This document shows positions 58,765 through 64,000 of a DNA stretch of 64,000 nt, in pieces; positions within the stretch are counted from its first letter, which is position 1; each line of letters begins with the position of its first letter. This stretch comes from Prevotellaceae bacterium UBA1746. GTDB taxonomy: Bacteria; Bacteroidota; Bacteroidia; Bacteroidales; Bacteroidaceae. The position numbers and the translations under genes are program-made. The stretch is from NCBI GenBank assembly GCA_002314875.1, contig DCHS01000002.1:1115-65114 (forward strand), read 5' to 3'. Under the pieces are notes generated by a model. That model was not told where the DNA came from. It was given only the letters and a program-made list of their open reading frames with translations, and did no database searches.

Positions 58765-61275
58765 TTACTTGATCACTTTCTTGCCACCAATGATGAAGAC
58801 ACCGTGAGAAGTAGAATTTACACGACGGCCCTGGAGATCGAAGATAACCTGAGGAGCTGCATCAACTGTGAGACTGGTGATACCAGCAAGGGTATGAGGA
58901 GCTGCAGAGAATATTACGGAACCTTCGGGAGCGGGATCGTAAACGTAAAGATAGAGACGTGATGCGCTGCTACCTGCTGTGCTGACGGTAATCTTTCCGT
59001 TAGAGCAACGGAGGTAGTAGTGAGCTGTACCCGTAGTGTTGGTGGCAAAGAGACCGAAGGTATCATGCCAGCCGAAAGGAGTAGTTGTGGTGCTGATCGC
59101 CGTTCCGCTAGTTGTAGAAAGCAGGTAGTTACTACCATTCTGGAGGGTGAAAAATCCGTCATCTCCCATTTGGCTACTCCATATCAAGGTAGATGAAGGA
59201 TTACCGAGGGCAACATAATTACCTATCTGCTTAAGTTCAACCTCGGTTGCTGTAACGGAACGAACTTTTGAGGTAGTGAGATTTGCTGCATCGAGAGCAT
59301 AAGCCTGACCCACTTCATCTGAAGAAACAAGAACATAATTTTTATCGCCTTCAAGGTTGCCAGTAGCTACATAGCAGTCTTCCCATTCACCTGTCTTGCT
59401 AAAGCCGTAAACCGCATAAAGGGTTACGTCTGATTCGGGCTGATAGGTTTCACCGGGGAGGAAAAGAATTTCTGGACGGGTTTCGGTCTCATCGGCAACA
59501 GGAGTAGGACTCCAACCGATGAATTTCCAACCTTCTTCATCTGTAGTAGCCTTGGGAAGTGTTGTCTTCTCACGACAAGAGTTCTGAGTCCAGGAAGTGG
59601 TTGCGCTCGTACCCTTTTCGCCAGCATCATAGGTGATCGTGTAACGACTTCCATCATCAGGACCACCATTGAAGGTGAAGCTAATCAAACCATCGGCCTC
59701 GGTGATTTCGGTGATAGGACGACGGAGTTTATAAGAACCATCTGTATTGCGTTGGAAAAGCTTTCCACCACAATCTAGGTGACTGTCATCGGTAAATGCT
59801 GTAATTTTCTTATTACCAGGAAAAAGGTCACCACGGAGCTGGTCACGTGTAGGATAATAAGAAACACCCTGTTTTGAACCATAATCACCATCAGCAGGGA
59901 CAATACTCATACGCTGATGATTAACGGTAGTGTTCACGGTATTATTTGCCCATGCTGTCTTGTTGAAGTCAACGTGTGTAATCATCAAACCATGACTGCC
60001 GGCATAATTGGCTTGGTATTTAAACCAATTATTGGACTGACGGTTTTCAAGAAGGAAGTATTCGTTTGAATAACGAGCATTATAGACGATATAAGTATCA
60101 GGTTCATCACCAATACTCTTCATGCCTTCAATAAAGCAACCGTCACTGAGAACCTTTGGCTCCAACCAACCTGCCATCCAACGTTCGTAAGCCGTGTAGC
60201 CACTGGGAACTTCACCCCATGCACCAGGGCCATTATAGCAACCCTGATCGAGGAGGTCCCAGATGTTCATACCAAAACCACCAGAGTACTTGGCATCATA
60301 GAAGTCAGGGAAACCAATGCAATGACTGAATTCATGGCATGCTGTACCGATACCGTTCATCGTCGTGCCATTGCTGCCACGGAGTTCACAGGAACAAGCA
60401 TAGGTATCCACTTTTGCTCCATCGAGATAGAGAGCGGTGGTTCCATTACCATAGGTAAGCCAAGATTCATGGGGCCAGATGGCAAAGGTATCACCACTGG
60501 CGTGTTCACCATACCCGGCATAGATAACATAAACCTGATCGACTTCGCCGTCACCGTCCCAGTCATAGTCGTTAAAATCAACCTGATCATCAACTAACTG
60601 GCAGGCTTCGCTGACCATCTTTGCAGGATAAGTGTCAGCATTATAATAGGAGTCGTTCTTGCCGTAGTATGCGTAGTCCTTGCTCACAGTTACAGGACCT
60701 ACAACATCGAATTCAAGATCAAACTTGCCGTAGCTCTGGTCGTTGAAGTAATCGTGTACGGAACCGATATGACCGTCCTTGTTGTAACCTACCTTATTGA
60801 AGATGTCCTCAAACTCCTGACGGGTGTTGTTTTCTGAGAAGACCTTATCGGTAAAGTTTACAAGAATGACGAGACCTTTCTTCGTTCCGGTCATACTTCC
60901 GTTGAAAGTACCAGGAGTACGCTTAGGACCACCTTCAAGCAACATCTGCTGACGCTGCTCCATAGAAAATCCTGTGTTCTTTGCCAAACGTTCAGCACGC
61001 ATATTATTGGCAAAAGAAGCTTTCTCCATTGCGCGGGCCTGAAGAGCAGTCATCTGACTTTCTGCAGGTACATAATAAAAACCGGCCTCATTGCGAAGCA
61101 TCTTCTTTCCTGAGTTGATATCAAGGAAGTAGTGGAAATTTTCGTCACCGACCATCTGAAGGGTAAGAACGGTTCCGTCAGGCTGGGTAACAGTGAACGT
61201 GCTTCTGCGTGCGGGAACAGCCAGAGCGCTGCCTACGCAGAGACAAGTCAGTAGGGTAAGAAAAAACTTTTTCAT
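58765..61275 (-). CDS. M6-family metalloprotease, T9SS cargo, copy B
   Basis: Same architecture, HEFSHCIGFPDFYD. Start moved to 61275. Confidence 0.9.
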   Translation of the reverse strand: MKKFFLTLLTCLCVGSALAVPARRSTFTVTQPDGTVLTLQMVGDENFHYFLDINSGKKMLRNEAGFYYVPAESQMTALQARAMEKASFANNMRAERLAKNTGFSMEQRQQMLLEGGPKRTPGTFNGSMTGTKKGLVILVNFTDKVFSENNTRQEFEDIFNKVGYNKDGHIGSVHDYFNDQSYGKFDLEFDVVGPVTVSKDYAYYGKNDSYYNADTYPAKMVSEACQLVDDQVDFNDYDWDGDGEVDQVYVIYAGYGEHASGDTFAIWPHESWLTYGNGTTALYLDGAKVDTYACSCELRGSNGTTMNGIGTACHEFSHCIGFPDFYDAKYSGGFGMNIWDLLDQGCYNGPGAWGEVPSGYTAYERWMAGWLEPKVLSDGCFIEGMKSIGDEPDTYIVYNARYSNEYFLLENRQSNNWFKYQANYAGSHGLMITHVDFNKTAWANNTVNTTVNHQRMSIVPADGDYGSKQGVSYYPTRDQLRGDLFPGNKKITAFTDDSHLDCGGKLFQRNTDGSYKLRRPITEITEADGLISFTFNGGPDDGSRYTITYDAGEKGTSATTSWTQNSCREKTTLPKATTDEEGWKFIGWSPTPVADETETRPEILFLPGETYQPESDVTLYAVYGFSKTGEWEDCYVATGNLEGDKNYVLVSSDEVGQAYALDAANLTTSKVRSVTATEVELKQIGNYVALGNPSSTLIWSSQMGDDGFFTLQNGSNYLLSTTSGTAISTTTTPFGWHDTFGLFATNTTGTAHYYLRCSNGKITVSTAGSSASRLYLYVYDPAPEGSVIFSAAPHTLAGITSLTVDAAPQVIFDLQGRRVNSTSHGVFIIGGKKVIK

Positions 61276-61329
61276 TCTGTATTTTATAGTGATCAAACAA
61301 TACTTGGGTTAGCAGCGAGGGTGCTGGGA

Positions 61330-64000
61330 TTAGTTAGCTATCTTAAGTACCTTATTGGCAATATCAATGACATCTTGTTCCTTAAACTGTGTTTTTTTAT
61401 CTTTTTTCAAACGATCAATCATGTTGGCAATCGTCACGATATTGACCTCGGGATAACAGGTGTAAACCGTGGTTGAACCGAGAGAATATGTTTCGTCTGT
61501 GTAAGTAAGGTTCCACTGGTATGGGTAAGATGTTCCATATAAACGAACAATATCGGTAGAATTGGGATTTAAAGCAAGAACCTTAGAAATATTATTAACT
61601 TTACATGTCAAAGTAACAATACCTTTCGTTTCTGCCATTTCCCATTGGGCTTGTTTACTATCAGAGCCATTTATATCAGCTTTTGTGGAAGATCCATATA
61701 AGTATTTAGCTTTTCTTGTATTGGAATCAACATACCAAAGGCAATTGCTATCATAATAAAGCGTTAATGCACTTGCTGCAATGCTTGTAGAAGTCAATTT
61801 ATCTTTACCAACATTACCCACATAATATGTAGTTCCATCATTTGTCAGATTCAAAGTGAATCCCTGGGCAAAGTTACCCGTAGTACACATATAGAGGGCA
61901 TAGAGCGTAGTCTCTTCGGTGGGCAGATATTTTCCGTCAGTGAAGGTGAGGACAGTAGGCTTACTGGTCGTTTCCCTCGCTGCATTGGTCTTTGTCCAAC
62001 CCACAAACTCGTAGGTAAGTTTCTCGCCGTCAACAGTTAGGGTGACATCGTTCATCGGAGGTGCTACGACACCATTGTTTGCAATGGTTTCGGTGATAGT
62101 TTCTACCAAACGGCCATTGGACATAAAGTGAACGGCATACTTGGGAAGTTCAGCAACGGTGATGGCATAACTTACGGTCTTGGTAACAGAACCTTCGGTA
62201 TAACTTACCGTTACACTATTTGTACCAGCAGCCAGAGCCTCACCTTCTGCAGGAGAAGTGGTAAAGCCTAGGGTGAGGGTCTGAGAATAGCCGTTTCTAT
62301 AGGTTGCGGTAAGGCTCAGACCGGCAGAGATAAAGGCTTCACCTTCCTGGAAGGCAGTCTTCGTTGCGGGGGTAGCAATAGCAAGACTTGTAAGTACAGG
62401 CATGCTGATGGTAATGATGTAGGTTGCAGAAGCAGATTTGCTCACACCAGCAACAGCATCTACAAAGGCGGTGATGGTAACGGTACCAACACCAGTTGCA
62501 GTTACCTTACCCGTTGTTTCGTCAACGGTAGCAATCTTGGTATCAGAAGAACTGTAATGAACAGTACCAGTAGAGTTTTTTACAGTAGCCTTTTGGATAT
62601 ACTCATCGCCAACTTTCATTGTTGTGCTCTTGGCAAAGAAGTTTACCTCAGGAACAGCAAGTGGTACACTGCTGGGATTACTATTGTAAGTTACAGCAAC
62701 GAGGGTACCTTGCTTCTTGTAAAGATATATTTTTTCTTGAGTATCAGCCTTGTAGAATCGGAACCATCCTCCAGTAGCATTATCGTTGTTTTTGTTGTAT
62801 TGGAAAGAAGGACAACTAGTCTCCTTTTCCGAAATTGCAACTCTGAGAATTATGTCATTATTACTTGTAAACTTTACAACAATAGGTTTTAATCCTTCTG
62901 TTGTTGCGCTCGTATCAATGCCACCATTTTCAGTAAGACGATAATTATACACACCATCCTGAGTCTTCAAAGCATAACCACCAGAAATTGGTTCGAGTGT
63001 TACATGATAGGTATCACCCCACTCTGCTGCTACAGTATTACCAGAAAGGTTAGATCCAGGATTAACTGCTGTATTCTGTCCTCCAATTTTACCTTCATCC
63101 TTACCACCTAAACGACCATCAGCGAAGATATTATCTGCTGCAGCGATTAGATAGTCACCGCTCCAGTCACTAAGTTCCTCGGTTACGAGTTCGTAGTTAC
63201 CGCTACCACCGCTGGTCTCGCTGAGGCTATATACAGCGTAAAGGGTAATATCAGTTGCAGGCTTGTAAGTAGCACCAGCTGCGTGGAGTTCGGGACGGGT
63301 ATTTGTTGCATTTACGCTAGCTGTTGACCAACCTGCGAAGGCCCATTCATCACTAACACTTGTTGCAGAAGGGAGAACAACACCACCTTGATATTCGGAT
63401 TCTGATAATGATGTGGTTGAACAAGTTCCGCTACCAGCATTGAAGGTGACCTTGTATTTGGGTAAAGGAGTAACGGCGATTGGCTGAGTAGTTGTCACAG
63501 TAATATCATGATCACCATACTTTTCAGTAAAAGAAATAGTAATGCATGTAATATCCGTTGTAAGCGATGTAGTGGAAGAAATACTATACTGACAACTTGT
63601 TGTTATATCTTCTTTATAACCATTAGCATAAGAAGCCGTAACAACTATGCCTTCTGTACTAAACTTCTCACCTTCCATATAGGTAGTCTTAGTGGGAGGA
63701 GTCGTAACAGTGATACTAACCAATTCCGGCATACTGACTGTTAGTGTATAAGATGCTTTCGATGAAATGCTCACACCAGATACAGCAGCAACAGTAGCAG
63801 TAATCTTTGTTGTACCAGCTTCTTTTGCAACAACACGACCGGTTTCTGGGCCAACAGTTGCAACAAGGGGATTGCTGGAATCATAACTTATGGCACCTGT
63901 ACTGTTTGAAACTGTAGCTGTAAAGGTATCATCAACATCACCTACAAACATGCTACGAGTAGAACTCGGGAAAGTTATTACAGGCTTTGCTAATCCTTCT
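61330..64000 (-). CDS. Large surface protein with Big_2/Big_3 Ig-like and InlB B-repeat modules (5' part outside window)
   Basis: SSNPLVATV..G.V....GTT.ITA (Big_2), PTKTTY.EGE.F...G (Big_3) and F.GW...TLYA.Y (B-repeat), each present twice. Frame is open to the window edge. Confidence 0.8.
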   Translation of the reverse strand, partial: EGLAKPVITFPSSTRSMFVGDVDDTFTATVSNSTGAISYDSSNPLVATVGPETGRVVAKEAGTTKITATVAAVSGVSISSKASYTLTVSMPELVSITVTTPPTKTTYMEGEKFSTEGIVVTASYANGYKEDITTSCQYSISSTTSLTTDITCITISFTEKYGDHDITVTTTQPIAVTPLPKYKVTFNAGSGTCSTTSLSESEYQGGVVLPSATSVSDEWAFAGWSTASVNATNTRPELHAAGATYKPATDITLYAVYSLSETSGGSGNYELVTEELSDWSGDYLIAAADNIFADGRLGGKDEGKIGGQNTAVNPGSNLSGNTVAAEWGDTYHVTLEPISGGYALKTQDGVYNYRLTENGGIDTSATTEGLKPIVVKFTSNNDIILRVAISEKETSCPSFQYNKNNDNATGGWFRFYKADTQEKIYLYKKQGTLVAVTYNSNPSSVPLAVPEVNFFAKSTTMKVGDEYIQKATVKNSTGTVHYSSSDTKIATVDETTGKVTATGVGTVTITAFVDAVAGVSKSASATYIITISMPVLTSLAIATPATKTAFQEGEAFISAGLSLTATYRNGYSQTLTLGFTTSPAEGEALAAGTNSVTVSYTEGSVTKTVSYAITVAELPKYAVHFMSNGRLVETITETIANNGVVAPPMNDVTLTVDGEKLTYEFVGWTKTNAARETTSKPTVLTFTDGKYLPTEETTLYALYMCTTGNFAQGFTLNLTNDGTTYYVGNVGKDKLTSTSIAASALTLYYDSNCLWYVDSNTRKAKYLYGSSTKADINGSDSKQAQWEMAETKGIVTLTCKVNNISKVLALNPNSTDIVRLYGTSYPYQWNLTYTDETYSLGSTTVYTCYPEVNIVTIANMIDRLKKDKKTQFKEQDVIDIANKVLKIAN

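Noticed and set aside
40980-61275. Diversity-generating retroelement TR/VR pairs among the duplicated genes
   Set aside because: Differences in the segments compared are mostly third-position and not adenine-specific, both copies are full genes, and there is no reverse transcriptase in the window.

Overview
Chromosomal window from a Bacteroidales bacterium, probably Prevotellaceae/Bacteroidaceae-like. The assignment rests on TAnnTTTG promoter elements, A-rich translation starts without Shine-Dalgarno sequences and T9SS C-terminal sorting tails. About 1-40 kb is mostly housekeeping: rmuC, purL, tRNA-Pro, rimP-nusA-infB, a purH fragment followed by mreBCD-mrdA-rodA, hflX, asparaginase, BtuF/BtuC-like genes, surE-lpxB, pyrE, tRNA-Leu and cysQ. 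Two accessory envelope loci sit in this part: a four-gene Cys-pair/thioredoxin cluster, and a SusD-less TonB receptor with an OB-fold lipoprotein behind a Pho-box-like promoter. About 41-64 kb is a cluster of large secreted proteins: two GH85 paralogues, a CotH kinase carrying dockerin, cohesin-like and CTD modules, two M6 metalloproteases and an Ig-repeat protein. This cluster is interleaved with a split sulfate-activation operon. The strongest novelty candidates are (i) a possible cohesin/mini-dockerin surface complex, in which loop-less dockerin-like tails replace the T9SS signal, (ii) an unannotated 20-aa leader ORF ending RWIPPP-stop ahead of a secreted low-complexity protein, (iii) the redox cluster with a metallothionein-like tail, and (iv) 21-22 bp palindromic tandem arrays. 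I saw no CRISPR array, integrase or transposase. All family calls come from motif recognition by eye; no searches were run.
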